A DNA stretch of 64,000 nucleotides, taken from Emergencia sp. Its GTDB lineage: Bacteria; Bacillota; Clostridia; Peptostreptococcales; Anaerovoracaceae. The stretch covers positions 4,194-68,193 of the forward strand of contig JBJESV010000094.1 of assembly GCA_051882975.1 (NCBI GenBank), written 5' to 3'. The notes under the pieces were generated by a model. The model had not been told where the DNA came from. It did not search any database and was given only the letters and a program-made list of their open reading frames with translations. The translations under genes were made by a program, and so were the position numbers. Below, in pieces: positions 1 through 9,685 of the stretch. The first letter of the stretch is position 1; each line of letters starts with the position of its first letter.

Positions 1-404
1 CTCCATGCACGCAGCGCCTCTTCAGGATCAAAGGCCTGGTGCGTCAGTTCCGAGAAGGCTGCCTGCAGCCTGCGCAGCTCTCTTTCCAGCAGAGCGATGG
101 AAGAGGAATCATTTTTGTGCGGCAGAGAAAGGAGAAACAGAAAGTCCATATCCCCCTGCTCCTCCAGCACATCGTAGATACGCCGGCAGACATCACAGCA
201 GTCCACCAGAAGCAGCCGGCGGATGCCCTTTCCCAGAACCTCTTCGATCACGGCTTTCCCGTATCCGCAGAGATTGGGATGGGTACAGCTTTCCGCACAC
301 GAAAAATCCGCGGGAGCCGGGTCAAGGCGGCCGACCGGAAGGCCGAATCCTGCAGCTGTTTCCAGAGGTGTATATTTGCAGACATAGTATATCGTATTAT
401 CCAT
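1..404 (-). CDS. 2-hydroxyacyl-CoA dehydratase-family subunit, N-terminus only (runs off window; possibly fused to a CoA-activase)
   Basis: Not in the ORF track; hand-translated from ATG at 404: MDNTIYYVCKYTPLETAAGFG...HPNLCGYGKAV...VDCCDVCRRIYDVL, open to the window edge. Overlaps the stop of the upstream dehydratase gene (ATGGATAA). Confidence 0.75.
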   Translation of the reverse strand, partial: MDNTIYYVCKYTPLETAAGFGLPVGRLDPAPADFSCAESCTHPNLCGYGKAVIEEVLGKGIRRLLLVDCCDVCRRIYDVLEEQGDMDFLFLLSLPHKNDSSSIALLERELRRLQAAFSELTHQAFDPEEALRAW

Positions 405-1665
405 TTCGTTTCTCCAGCATTTCTATAAAGGCGTTCAGACGCGTTGCTGTCTGTCCGTCTGAGGCATTGCGGCGGTCGCACCCGTCGCCGTTGAGAATCA
501 GTGTGGGGAATCCGGCGGTGTCCAGTTCCCGTTTGAACACGGCGGAAAGCCCCATGGTCTGTTTGCAGCCCCAGTGACAGAAGCAGACCACTCCGTCAAC
601 CTGCAGCATGCGGGCTGCCTCCACCGCAGCATCCACTCTCTGCCTGCCGCCGTTCCACTGGCTGTATACCAGTCTTCGCGCCATGCTTTCATAAGGCTGC
701 TCCGGGTCCATATCCACCAGGCCCTCCAGATTGATATCACAGGCGACGATCTGACACCGGTCATTGAAATTGAAAAGCTGCCGTACCGGTTCCGGCCAGT
801 TGGGGATGGTGTGGAGCCACAGAAGTCTGATTCCATGGGCGGCAGGCGCTGCTTTCAGATCCTTCAGCAGCATGTCCGCATAGCGGTATGCCTCCTCCGT
901 GCCCAGTCCGTTGTGGCACAGATAGATTTCGTTCAGTTCCGACGCCACATCTGTCGCCAGCGTGTGGCTGCGTTTTTCTGTCCGGCATTCTTTCAGCAGA
1001 CCGATGGTTTTCCGGGACCGTTCCACCGATGCCCTCAACCTGTCTTCATCCAGCTGCTTTCCTGTATGCTTCTCCAGAAATCCTTTCATATTCCTCAGCT
1101 GATCCGCAACAAATCTGATACTTTCCTCGCTCTGTTCTGACGGCACGTCCACATAGTACTGTGGAATCCCGTAATGTTCTGCAAGTTCCCGGAAGGTCAG
1201 GTTGTTGGCATCGCATGCCAGCGACGTGTTCACGATGAGCTTCGGTGAAGGCAGAACGCCGGAATAGGCGCTTCCCAGCAGCACTTTATGATAGGAGCAG
1301 TAGGTCTCTGCGATTCCCTCGGCCTCCGCCGTTTCGGCAAATACCTGCTCTGCATAGGTCCCATTGATAAAACAGGAATACAGTTCTGCGCACATGGGAA
1401 TGACAGACATGGCCTCCAGCATCTCGCAGGGCATGAACACGCTGACCAGAGCGGCCTGCTCCGGCTTCGAAAGCATCCTGACCACGGTCCGGTTCATGTA
1501 CTGTGCCGAAAACTGTCTGCTCGGAGGCAGTTTCCTGTCGGGAGCCACACGGAGGCCCAGCCCGTAAGCCCGGTAGCCTGCCAGCAGCAGTTCCCTGCTC
1601 AGCCGCGGATGCACGGGTGTGATTCTGTTGATATATTTTCCAAAGCTTTCGATCAGATCAGCCAT
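397..1665 (-). CDS. 2-hydroxyacyl-CoA dehydratase subunit (HgdA/FldB-like, HGD-D family)
   Basis: 422 aa with ETYCSYHK, TSLACDAN and FCHWGCKQ...DGCD motifs typical of HGD-D [4Fe-4S] dehydratase subunits. Confidence 0.85.
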   Translation of the reverse strand: MADLIESFGKYINRITPVHPRLSRELLLAGYRAYGLGLRVAPDRKLPPSRQFSAQYMNRTVVRMLSKPEQAALVSVFMPCEMLEAMSVIPMCAELYSCFINGTYAEQVFAETAEAEGIAETYCSYHKVLLGSAYSGVLPSPKLIVNTSLACDANNLTFRELAEHYGIPQYYVDVPSEQSEESIRFVADQLRNMKGFLEKHTGKQLDEDRLRASVERSRKTIGLLKECRTEKRSHTLATDVASELNEIYLCHNGLGTEEAYRYADMLLKDLKAAPAAHGIRLLWLHTIPNWPEPVRQLFNFNDRCQIVACDINLEGLVDMDPEQPYESMARRLVYSQWNGGRQRVDAAVEAARMLQVDGVVCFCHWGCKQTMGLSAVFKRELDTAGFPTLILNGDGCDRRNASDGQTATRLNAFIEMLEKRNG

Positions 1666-1708
1666 AGGGTAATACGCTCCTTTATCCTCATCTCTTCATC
1701 TTCTGTCC

Positions 1709-1737
1709 ATTGTATCGGTTATGGCTGTTTTTGTCAA
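1709..1737 (-). promoter_or_regulatory. sigma-A promoter of the dehydratase operon
   Basis: Minus strand TTGACA-17 nt-TACAAT, about 45 nt upstream of the ATG at 1665. Confidence 0.7.
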
Positions 1738-1895
1738 CGGACTGAATCCGGCAGGGCAGACAGAGCAGATCACTGCTGTGATAATGCTCGTATGGAAAGT
1801 TTCTTACGCTCATGATAATAGCCTCACTTTTGTACTTAGAAAAAAACTTTTTGAAGATAGGAATTTACGCCGCATTTTAACTCTTACAAAACGAA

Positions 1896-1960
1896 TAGGG
1901 GTAATGTAGGGGTAGTTTTAGGGGTAATTTCTGCGCGTAACCCCGCTTTTCTGCGCGTAA
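1896..1960. repeat. Short direct-repeat cluster (TAGGGGTA x3; TTTCTGCGCGTAA x2), integrase arm-site-like
   Basis: TAGGGGTA at 1896, 1907, 1919; TTTCTGCGCGTAA at 1928, 1948; about 90-150 nt past the tRNA-Cys 3' end. Confidence 0.6.
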
Positions 1961-2000
1961 TATTCACTATTGGGAAAAACTGTAAAAATAAGATTTAAAA

Positions 2001-2045
2001 AACAATAAAAAGAATCGTTGAAATTCCAGCATTTTCAACGATTCT
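2001..2045 (-). terminator. Rho-independent terminator of the tRNA operon
   Basis: 13-bp stem AGAATCGTTGAAA / TTTCAACGATTCT followed by a U-rich run on the minus strand, directly after tRNA-Cys. Confidence 0.8.
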
Positions 2046-2048
2046 CTA

Positions 2049-2123
<75 letters not shown>

Positions 2124-2158
2124 ATATGACGGGATGCTGTGCAGCATCCCTTTTGAAT

Positions 2159-2233
2159 TGGCTAGGGTAGCAGGATTCGAACCTGCGCATGACGGAATCA
2201 GAATCCGTTGCCTTACCGCTTGGCGATACCCCA
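2159..2233 (-). tRNA. tRNA-Gln(CTG)
   Basis: Cloverleaf with anticodon arm ACGGA-TTCTGAT-TCCGT, GGTTCGAATCC T-arm, CCA end. Confidence 0.97.
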
Positions 2234-2239
2234 ACGATA

Positions 2240-2316
2240 TGGGGTGGGTAGTGGGATTCGAACCCACGTATACAGGAGCCACAACCCTGGGTCTTAACCA
2301 CTTGACGATACCCACC
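2240..2316 (-). tRNA. tRNA-His(GTG)
   Basis: Anticodon arm CAGGG-TTGTGGC-TCCTG, extra G-1, T-arm GGTTCGAATCC, CCA end. Confidence 0.97.
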
Positions 2317-2439
2317 ATGTTTATATTATTCTCATTTCGGCTAAAATGATGCAATCCGCTGTCATCTCCGATGCTCAGCATTTGCAATAAGTATTTTAGC
2401 ACATTTTCCTGTATTATGCAATGCAGGATTTAAAAAAAT

Positions 2440-2516
2440 TGGCGACCTGGAACGGGCTCGAACCGTCGACCTCCAGCGTGACAGGCTGGCATTCTAACCA
2501 ACTGAACTACCAGGCC
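2440..2516 (-). tRNA. tRNA-Asp(GTC)
   Basis: Anticodon arm CCAGC-CTGTCAC-GCTGG, CCA end. Confidence 0.97.
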
Positions 2517-2550
2517 GCATTAAGCTCGTAAATGGTCACTGCTAAGAAGT

Positions 2551-2626
2551 TGGTGGGCGTTATAGGGCTCGAACCTATGACCCTCTGCTTGTAAGGCAGA
2601 TGCTCTCCCAGCTGAGCTAAACGCCC
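2551..2626 (-). tRNA. tRNA-Val(TAC)
   Basis: Anticodon arm TCTGC-CTTACAA-GCAGA, CCA end. Confidence 0.97.
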
Positions 2627-2634
2627 ATAAAAAA

Positions 2635-2711
2635 TGGTAGCGGCGAGTGGAGTCGAACCACCGACCTTCCGGGTATGAACCGGACGCTCTAGCCAACTAA
2701 GCTACACCGCC
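2635..2711 (-). tRNA. tRNA-Met(CAT), elongator type
   Basis: GGCGGTGTAGCT...TCCGG-TTCATAC-CCGGA...CGCCGCTACCA; paired G1, resembles the Firmicute elongator Met tRNA. Confidence 0.93.
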
Positions 2712-2750
2712 ACGCGATTTGCCTGATTGTTTCAAATCACTGCAAGAAAT

Positions 2751-2779
2751 ATATTACCAAATTGTCCTTTCATTGTCAA
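2751..2779 (-). promoter_or_regulatory. tRNA operon promoter P2
   Basis: TTGACA-17 nt-TAATAT with extended -10 TG, 40 nt upstream of tRNA-Met. Confidence 0.8.
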
Positions 2780-2877
2780 CAACTTTTTATGATTTCATCA
2801 ATTTTTTTTGAAGGCATTTTCCGGACATTTCTCCGCAGATCAGCGTACGCACCGGCGTTTTCGCTGTCTGCCTGACT

Positions 2878-2906
2878 ATTCTAACCGATAGCTCTCTCTC
2901 CGTCAA
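2878..2906 (-). promoter_or_regulatory. tRNA operon promoter P1 (putative)
   Basis: TTGACG-17 nt-TAGAAT, 127 nt upstream of P2. Confidence 0.6.
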
Positions 2907-2942
2907 GTACTTTGTTTCGTACATGCAGGCCTTCCGGCTGAT

Positions 2943-3644
2943 TCAGAGCCTCACCGGAACAGAACTGTCGATCTGCAGCGTGTCTTCTGTGACGAGACAG
3001 TCGCAGGCCAGAACTGTCACACCTGCCCTTTGTGCCTGACGCAGCGCATCTCCGAAGGCTCTGTGGGTCCTGTCATTGGGCTCAAAATGCCGGATGCCCT
3101 TCATCTGTATCACAAAGAGAACGTATCCACGGAAGCCTTCTTCCGAAGCCTTTATCAGTTCCTGGACATGCTTTACGCCCCGCTCCGTCGGTGCATCGGG
3201 AAACCGTGCGACGCCATCTTCTTCCAGGGTCACTCCTTTGACTTCCAGCCAGCCTTCCTGTCCGGCTTTGTCCCTGATGTAAAAGTCGAAACGGGAATTG
3301 CCGTATGTCTTCTCCCGCCGCACTTCCTCCAGTATGCCCATTCCGGGAAGCTGCAGCGTGCCTGATGTCAGCGCCTCCTCACAGACTTTGTTCGGCGCCT
3401 GGGAATCCAGATTCACCATGATATCCCCTTTTTTCACTCCAATCAGAGAATACCTCAGCTTCCGGCTTCCCATCCGGTCGGCAAAATCCTCCAGGTATAC
3501 CTCCGCACCGGGGATCAGAAGTTCCCTGCACCGGCCCGTATTCTTCACATGGGCCCGGGTCTTCTGTCCTCCCGTCTCCACTTCGGCGATAAAGCGGTTG
3601 GGCCGCGCTATAAATGTTCCTTCACAGATATTTTCGTATTTCAT
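2943..3644 (-). CDS. sfsA: DNA/RNA nuclease SfsA
   Basis: RPNRF, HVKNTGR, SRFDFY, EVKGVT, FPDAPTERG motifs. Confidence 0.95.
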   Translation of the reverse strand: MKYENICEGTFIARPNRFIAEVETGGQKTRAHVKNTGRCRELLIPGAEVYLEDFADRMGSRKLRYSLIGVKKGDIMVNLDSQAPNKVCEEALTSGTLQLPGMGILEEVRREKTYGNSRFDFYIRDKAGQEGWLEVKGVTLEEDGVARFPDAPTERGVKHVQELIKASEEGFRGYVLFVIQMKGIRHFEPNDRTHRAFGDALRQAQRAGVTVLACDCLVTEDTLQIDSSVPVRL

Positions 3645-3724
3645 GGATTGTATTTTAGCAGATTTTCCAGTATAATGGAAGGGTCAATTTTACCGGCGCT
3701 GCCGGAGCAGAGGGGGAGTTTTTT

Positions 3725-4477
3725 ATGAGAGCACCTGATCCCGTTGCATTTACTTTATTCGGATTAGATATAAGGTGGTACGGGCTTCTGATCGGACTCG
3801 GGTTCGTACTCGCAATCATATTATGTTATGTCAGAGCGCCGAAGCACGGCATCCAGAGCGAGCACATTCTGGATTTTGCCATCTTCCTGATTCCCGCATC
3901 CATCATCGGCGCCCGCGCCTACTACGTTATCTTCAGCTGGGATAACTATGCGGGAGATATCGCCAAGATCCTCAACATCAGAGGCGGCGGTCTTGCCATA
4001 CACGGAGGCATCATTGCAGGCCTCATCGTAGGGCTGCTGGTCTGCAGACACTACAGGATCCGCTTCCTTGAACTGGCGGATCTGGTCTTTCCGGCTGTTG
4101 CCCTGGCTCAGTCCATCGGCAGGTGGGGAAACTTTTTCAATTCGGAGGCCCACGGCGGACCCACGGATCTTCCATGGGCGATCTATGTGGACGGACAGTA
4201 CGTTCATCCCACATTTCTCTATGAGTCCCTGTGGTGCCTGGCCCTGTTCATCTTTCTCATCTGGCTGGACCGGCGCAGATCCTTCACGGGGCAGATCGCA
4301 CTGCTTTACGGCATGCTCTATTCCCTGGAAAGAGGTTTTGTCGAACAGCTCCGGACAGACAGCCTCATGATCGGACCGTTTAAACAGGCGCAGGTACTCA
4401 GCCTGTGCGTTTTCCTGCTGTGTCTTGCAGCATATATTTATCTTATGAAAAAAGAAAAGAGGAGTCAGAAAATATGA
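3725..4477 (+). CDS. lgt: Prolipoprotein diacylglyceryl transferase
   Basis: IRWYG, GARAYYV, GGLAIHGG, QSIGRWGNFFN, HPTFLYES motifs. Confidence 0.97.
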   Translation: MRAPDPVAFTLFGLDIRWYGLLIGLGFVLAIILCYVRAPKHGIQSEHILDFAIFLIPASIIGARAYYVIFSWDNYAGDIAKILNIRGGGLAIHGGIIAGLIVGLLVCRHYRIRFLELADLVFPAVALAQSIGRWGNFFNSEAHGGPTDLPWAIYVDGQYVHPTFLYESLWCLALFIFLIWLDRRRSFTGQIALLYGMLYSLERGFVEQLRTDSLMIGPFKQAQVLSLCVFLLCLAAYIYLMKKEKRSQKI

Positions 4478-5568
4478 AATTAGGTATTGTCGGCCTGCCG
4501 AACGTAGGCAAGAGCACATTATTCAATGCGATTACCAAAGCCGGTGCAGAGGCGGCCAACTATCCGTTCTGCACCATCGAGCCCAATGTGGGAGTCGTGA
4601 CTGTTCCCGATGAGCGTATCCGCAGGCTTCACGAGATATACAATTCCAGAAAGACCATTTACACCACCATCGAATTCTGCGATATCGCAGGTCTGGTAAA
4701 AGGCGCCTCCAAAGGCGAAGGTCTGGGAAACAAGTTCCTCGGCCATATTCGCGAAGTCGCCGCCATCGTTCATGTGGTCAGATGCTTTGAAAACGACAAC
4801 ATCGTCCATGTAGACGGCAAGATCGACCCGCTCTCCGATATCGAGACCATCAACACAGAACTGATTCTGTCCGATATGGAAGTGCTGGAGCGCCGTATAG
4901 CAAAAACAGCAAAGAACCTCAAAGGAGACAAATCTCTGCAGAAAGAGCTGGATATCCTGAACAGAGTCAGCGACTTCCTTTCTGAAGGAAAATCCGCCAG
5001 AGCCATGGATCTGGATGAGGAGGAGGCCGCTTTTGTAAGCAGTCTGGATCTTCTGTCCTACAAGCCGATCATCTATGTTGCCAATGTTTCTGAAGACGAT
5101 GCCGCCGACGGTGCAGACAACGAATACGTAAAGGCCGTGCGTCAGTTCGCAGCCACAGAAGACGCGGAAGTCGTCGTGATCTGCGCTGAGATCGAACAGG
5201 AGATCAGCGAACTGGAGGACGATGAAAAGGCCATGTTCCTGGAAGAACTGGGAATCAGCGAATCCGGCCTGGACAAGCTGATCAGGGCTTCCTATCACCT
5301 GCTGAATCTGATTTCCTTCCTGACTGCCGGAGAAGACGAATGCCGTGCCTGGACCATTCGCAGAGGGACAAAGGCGCCGCAGGCGGCAGGCAAGATCCAT
5401 ACGGATTTCGAGAGAGGCTTTATCCGCGCGGAAACCATCGCCTATGACAGGTTTATCGAGTGCGGAGGCAGCATGAGCGCTGCCAAGGAAAAAGGCCTGC
5501 TGCGTTCCGAAGGCAAAGATTACGTGGTTCAGGACGGAGATATCATCACGTTCCTGTTCAACGTGTAA
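4474..5568 (+). CDS. ychF: Redox-regulated ribosome-binding ATPase YchF
   Basis: [34 protein letters not shown]-type C-terminus; start trimmed to the ATG at 4474 behind a GGAG RBS. Confidence 0.97.
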   Translation: MKLGIVGLPNVGKSTLFNAITKAGAEAANYPFCTIEPNVGVVTVPDERIRRLHEIYNSRKTIYTTIEFCDIAGLVKGASKGEGLGNKFLGHIREVAAIVHVVRCFENDNIVHVDGKIDPLSDIETINTELILSDMEVLERRIAKTAKNLKGDKSLQKELDILNRVSDFLSEGKSARAMDLDEEEAAFVSSLDLLSYKPIIYVANVSEDDAADGADNEYVKAVRQFAATEDAEVVVICAEIEQEISELEDDEKAMFLEELGISESGLDKLIRASYHLLNLISFLTAGEDECRAWTIRRGTKAPQAAGKIHTDFERGFIRAETIAYDRFIECGGSMSAAKEKGLLRSEGKDYVVQDGDIITFLFNV

Positions 5569-5652
5569 ACATCCGGGGCTTGCAAATCTGAAAATTTGTA
5601 TTACAATATATAATATAAATATTTTACTGCAGATAAAAAAGGAGGCAGACCT

Positions 5653-6039
5653 ATGGATAAGATCGTAAAATTTTTAGAAGACGCAAAACCTTGTTTCGTT
5701 GCAACCGTAGACGGAGACCAGCCATGTGTACGTCCGCAGGGTTTCTCTATGGTATATGACGGCAAGCTTTGCTTCTGCACAGCTGACGAGAAGGCAACTT
5801 CCAGAGAGCTGAAGAAGAACCCGAAGGTTGAAATCGCAGCCGTTAACGCAGGCAAGTTCATCCGTATCCGCGGCAAAGCCGTATTCCTGGATGAAAGCGC
5901 AGCAAAGCACGCGCTGGAGATGAGACCTCAGCTGGAAAAGATGATCCATCCGGGAAAATTCGAGATTTTTGCTGTAACAGACGGAACAGCTGTCATTGCT
6001 GATCTGGCAAGCGGCGAATCAGAAAAAATCGAATTCTAA
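5653..6039 (+). CDS. Pyridoxamine 5'-phosphate oxidase-family (FMN-binding split barrel) protein
   Basis: FVATVDGDQPCVRP and ELKKNPKVEI motifs; GGAGG RBS. Confidence 0.8.
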   Translation: MDKIVKFLEDAKPCFVATVDGDQPCVRPQGFSMVYDGKLCFCTADEKATSRELKKNPKVEIAAVNAGKFIRIRGKAVFLDESAAKHALEMRPQLEKMIHPGKFEIFAVTDGTAVIADLASGESEKIEF

Positions 6040-6066
6040 ATACGAAGACACATTGTATCAGATGAC

Positions 6067-6099
6067 AAAACCCCTGCAGCATATTCTGCAGGGGCTTCT
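6067..6099. terminator. Bidirectional terminator
   Basis: CCCCTGCAG-loop-CTGCAGGGG between convergent genes. Confidence 0.7.
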
Positions 6100-6138
6100 C
6101 TTACTTTACAGGTTTTCTGAACTTCTCAGGACCGCCGT

Positions 6139-6531
6139 TTATTTTCCGGTCAGCTTTCCGTTGGCTTTCGCCTGGAATTTTTCGTTCCTGATGATGAAGC
6201 GCTCGTGGGTTCCTTCTCCGATCAGGCCGGCCTCATCGTAGGCCGCCACTTTGAAGACGAGCCTGCGTCCGTCAGCTTCTGTAAGCTCACTCTCGCAGCG
6301 TACAGTCATACCCAGAGGCGTTGCCGCCACATGGGACACATCCAGCTTTGTCCCTACCGTGCCTTCCCCTTCTTCCAGATGTTCAGCCACGCTTCTCCAT
6401 GCGGTCTCTTCCATCAGCGCGATCATGGCCGGTGTTGCGAACACATCCAGCGTACCGCTTCCCATTGTCTTCGCACTGTTGGCTTCCGATACTCTGACTT
6501 CCTGATTTCCCCTGATTCCGGCTTCTAACAT
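6139..6531 (-). CDS. Hot-dog fold thioesterase (fluoroacetyl-CoA thioesterase FlK-like)
   Basis: VFATPAMIALMEE, GTVGT, HVAATPLG motifs; start trimmed to MLEAG behind a GGAGG RBS. Confidence 0.85.
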   Translation of the reverse strand: MLEAGIRGNQEVRVSEANSAKTMGSGTLDVFATPAMIALMEETAWRSVAEHLEEGEGTVGTKLDVSHVAATPLGMTVRCESELTEADGRRLVFKVAAYDEAGLIGEGTHERFIIRNEKFQAKANGKLTGK

Positions 6532-6739
6532 ATATGTATACCTCCGTTTCTCATGTGTTATATTCTGAGTATAACCCAGGAAAGCTTTTAATTCAAGACC
6601 CATTCCGCTCCGATGACCCCATGACGGACTGCTGCGTCACGGTTTTTGAAGCCGCCGCTGCAAACATATAAAAAAATATTGCTTTTTTGTCAAAAAAACT
6701 CTATTATATGGTTATTACACCATTGAGGAGGAACAGACA

Positions 6740-7132
6740 ATGAAAAAATTTTTATCTGAGTTCAGGGAATTTATCGCCCGCGGCGACGTCATGAGTATGG
6801 CCATAGGTATCATCATAGGCGGCGCATTCACCGCCATCGTCAACTCCCTTGTCGGAGACATCATCACCCCGATCCTGGGTATTATAATCGGAGGTCTGGA
6901 TTTTACAGGAATCGCAGTCACCGTCGGCGGCTCCAGCATCATGATCGGCAATTTCATTCAGGCCGTGATCGTGTTCCTGCTGACCGCGCTGGTCATCTTT
7001 TCCATAATGAAGGTCTTCAACAGCTTCCAGAGAAAGAAGGAAGAGGAGCCTGAGCCTGAACCGGAACCTGAAATTCCTGACGATATCGCCCTTCTGACAG
7101 AGATCAGAGACCTGCTGAAAGCAGAAAAATAG
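6740..7132 (+). CDS. mscL: Large-conductance mechanosensitive channel
   Basis: EFREFIARGDVMSMAIGIIIGGAFTAIVNSLVGDII...LLTEIRDLL. Confidence 0.96.
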   Translation: MKKFLSEFREFIARGDVMSMAIGIIIGGAFTAIVNSLVGDIITPILGIIIGGLDFTGIAVTVGGSSIMIGNFIQAVIVFLLTALVIFSIMKVFNSFQRKKEEEPEPEPEPEIPDDIALLTEIRDLLKAEK

Positions 7133-7244
7133 AAAATCACAGAGATGGCATATATTTCTACAGAGTCCTTCTTGCGAAGCGGTTCTTTTTGCGATATAAT
7201 GTCTATCTGTCATAACGAATCAAATTTCAGGAGGCATCACATAT

Positions 7245-8276
7245 ATGGATTTTTTTAAGAAAAACGGCAGAGGACTTCTGCTCTGCCTTGTCATCGCTGT
7301 TCCGTCCTGGTTTCTGGGAAAGGCCTTCCCGATCATAGGCGGAGCTGTCATCGCGATTCTTGCCGGCATGGTCGTCACCCTGTTCTTTAAGGACAAGACC
7401 GGATACGAAGCCGGCATCAAGTTCACATCAAAGAAGATTCTGCAGTGGGCGGTTATCCTGCTGGGCTTCGGTCTGAATCTGAACGTCATACTGGAGACAG
7501 GCAGACAGTCGCTGCCTATCATAGTGTGCACCATTTCCACATCTCTGATCATAGCATTTATTCTGCACAAGGCGATGAAGATTCCAGCAAACATCTCCAC
7601 TCTGGTAGGTGTCGGCTCCTCTATCTGCGGAGGTTCTGCCATTGCCGCCACAGCGCCGGTCATCGATGCGGATGACGAAGAGGTGGCTCAGGCTATCTCT
7701 ATCATCTTTTTCTTCAATGTGCTGGCCGCTATCGTGTTTCCTGCCTTCGGCAGCGCTATCGGCTTTGATACCACATCAGGAGACGCTTTCGGAATATTTG
7801 CAGGCACGGCAGTCAACGACACCTCTTCCGTAACAGCATGCGCATCCACCTGGGACAGCATGTGGAATCTGGGCAGCGCTACTCTGGACAAGGCCGTCAC
7901 GGTCAAGCTGACCAGAACACTGGCCATCATTCCGATTACGCTGGTTCTGGCTTTCTGGCGCACCCGCAGACAGAACAGCGGTGAGGGGAAAAAGGTCAGC
8001 ATGAAGTCCATATTCCCTTTCTTCATTCTGTACTTTATCGCGGCATCCATCATCACCACCGTGGCTGTTTCCATGGGAGTATCCGCTGAAGTGTTCGCTC
8101 CGATCAAAGAGCTTTCCAAGTTCTTCATCGTCCTGGCCATGGCTGCCATCGGGCTCAATACCGACATCGTCAAACTGATCAGAACAGGCGGCAAGCCGCT
8201 GATCATGGGTTTCTGCTGCTGGGCGGGCATTACCGGCGTCAGCCTGCTGCTCCAGCATATACAGGGGCTCTGGTAA
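7245..8276 (+). CDS. YeiH/UPF0324 putative sulfate exporter family membrane protein
   Basis: GSSICGGSAIAA, AVNDTSSV, VKLTRTL motifs; multiple transmembrane segments. Confidence 0.9.
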   Translation: MDFFKKNGRGLLLCLVIAVPSWFLGKAFPIIGGAVIAILAGMVVTLFFKDKTGYEAGIKFTSKKILQWAVILLGFGLNLNVILETGRQSLPIIVCTISTSLIIAFILHKAMKIPANISTLVGVGSSICGGSAIAATAPVIDADDEEVAQAISIIFFFNVLAAIVFPAFGSAIGFDTTSGDAFGIFAGTAVNDTSSVTACASTWDSMWNLGSATLDKAVTVKLTRTLAIIPITLVLAFWRTRRQNSGEGKKVSMKSIFPFFILYFIAASIITTVAVSMGVSAEVFAPIKELSKFFIVLAMAAIGLNTDIVKLIRTGGKPLIMGFCCWAGITGVSLLLQHIQGLW

Positions 8277-8301
8277 AAGCGCCCCGCCTTCATACAGATT
8301 T

Positions 8302-8354
8302 AAAAAGCTGTGCTTTCCTGCAGTGTCATACAGACCGCAGGGGCACAGCTTTTT
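8302..8354. terminator. Bidirectional terminator
   Basis: AAAAAGCTGTGC...GCACAGCTTTTT inverted repeat between convergent genes. Confidence 0.75.
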
Positions 8355-8362
8355 TCTTCTTG

Positions 8363-9484
8363 TCACAGTTCTCTAAGAAACTCGGCAAACAGGTCCAGCC
8401 CTTCCCTGAGAGTTTTAGAGTCGTAGGCGTATCCGATGCGGACAGCGCCTTCCATCTCAAAGCATTCTCCCGGCGTGAACAGTACGCCTTTCTCTCTGAG
8501 CAGTTTCACGCACAGCTCATGAGACGGCATGTCGCTGTCGTAATACACCAGCGCTGTGGTGCCCGCAGCCGGACGGAGATATCTCACCTCCGGCGTCTCC
8601 TGCACCCACTGGTCCAGAATCGCCCGGTTCCTGTTCAGTATCTCCCTGTTTCTGGCAAAGATCGCTTCTTTATTGGCCAGTGCCAGGGAAGCCAGCTTGT
8701 CATCGATGACGCCGCAGCTTATGGTGTCGTAGTCTCTCCTCTCTTTGCACAGGTGCAGCACCTCCGGCGCTTTTGTGGCGATCCATCCCATACGCAGACC
8801 GGCCAGAGAAAAGACCTTTGACATGCTTCCGACAGAAATCCCCTTGTCGTAAAGATCCACCACGGAGTGCATGTAGCTGCCGTCTTCAGAAATTCCCCTG
8901 TACACCTCATCGCAGAGGACATAGGCGTCCACGCTCTCTGCGATCCCGATGATTTCCTTCATCACATCGGTTCCGATCCAGGATCCGGTAGGATTGTTGG
9001 GATTGTTGACAGTAATCATCTTTGTATTTTCATCCACCAGACTCTTCAGGACCTCCAGATTCGGCAGATAGTCATCCTCCAGTCTCAGCTGCAGGATCCT
9101 CACATCTGCACCGATGGACTCCGGAATGGAATAATGCTGCTGATAGGTCGGCATGACAGATACCATGTTGTCTTCCGGTCCGATCAGCGTGGTGATGACC
9201 TGATTATTGGCTCCGATGGCGCCGTGTGTCGGAATGATCTGATCCGGCTCCAGATCTTCATAGAGGCCGGCAACGCCCTGCAGAAACTCCGGTGATCCGA
9301 AGATATGGCTGTAGGACAGGCGGGTGTCGGCAAGTCCCGCCAGATACTCCGCAGGATCCTTCCCGCACAGAGTCAGCAGTTCTCCCGCAGTCAGTGAATC
9401 GATGCAGGTCTCCGCAAGATTGTAGACCGCGTCGTTTTCGTATTCGTTCATCCACCGTTCCACTTTAAATGTTCTGATCTTCAT
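8363..9484 (-). CDS. PLP-dependent aminotransferase, class I/II
   Basis: NNPNNPTG, DEVY, SMSKVFSLAGLRMGW motifs. Confidence 0.92.
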   Translation of the reverse strand: MKIRTFKVERWMNEYENDAVYNLAETCIDSLTAGELLTLCGKDPAEYLAGLADTRLSYSHIFGSPEFLQGVAGLYEDLEPDQIIPTHGAIGANNQVITTLIGPEDNMVSVMPTYQQHYSIPESIGADVRILQLRLEDDYLPNLEVLKSLVDENTKMITVNNPNNPTGSWIGTDVMKEIIGIAESVDAYVLCDEVYRGISEDGSYMHSVVDLYDKGISVGSMSKVFSLAGLRMGWIATKAPEVLHLCKERRDYDTISCGVIDDKLASLALANKEAIFARNREILNRNRAILDQWVQETPEVRYLRPAAGTTALVYYDSDMPSHELCVKLLREKGVLFTPGECFEMEGAVRIGYAYDSKTLREGLDLFAEFLREL

Positions 9485-9685
9485 GTTTTTTCTCCTTGTT
9501 CATCTGCTGTGCCTGTATTTTGTGTTACCTACAGTATAACAGGTGAAGGCTCTGAAGTCTCTTTTTATTTGCCCGTTCTGCAGAAAAAATTTTCTGATTT
9601 TTATTTTAGTTATTGACATATGTTCGAAACGGCGTTACACTATTACTGACATATGTTAATAATAGTCATTGAGGAGGAGGACACC

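Noticed and set aside
7040-7080. EPEPEPEPE repeat in MscL
   Set aside because: Ordinary low-complexity linker before the C-terminal helix.
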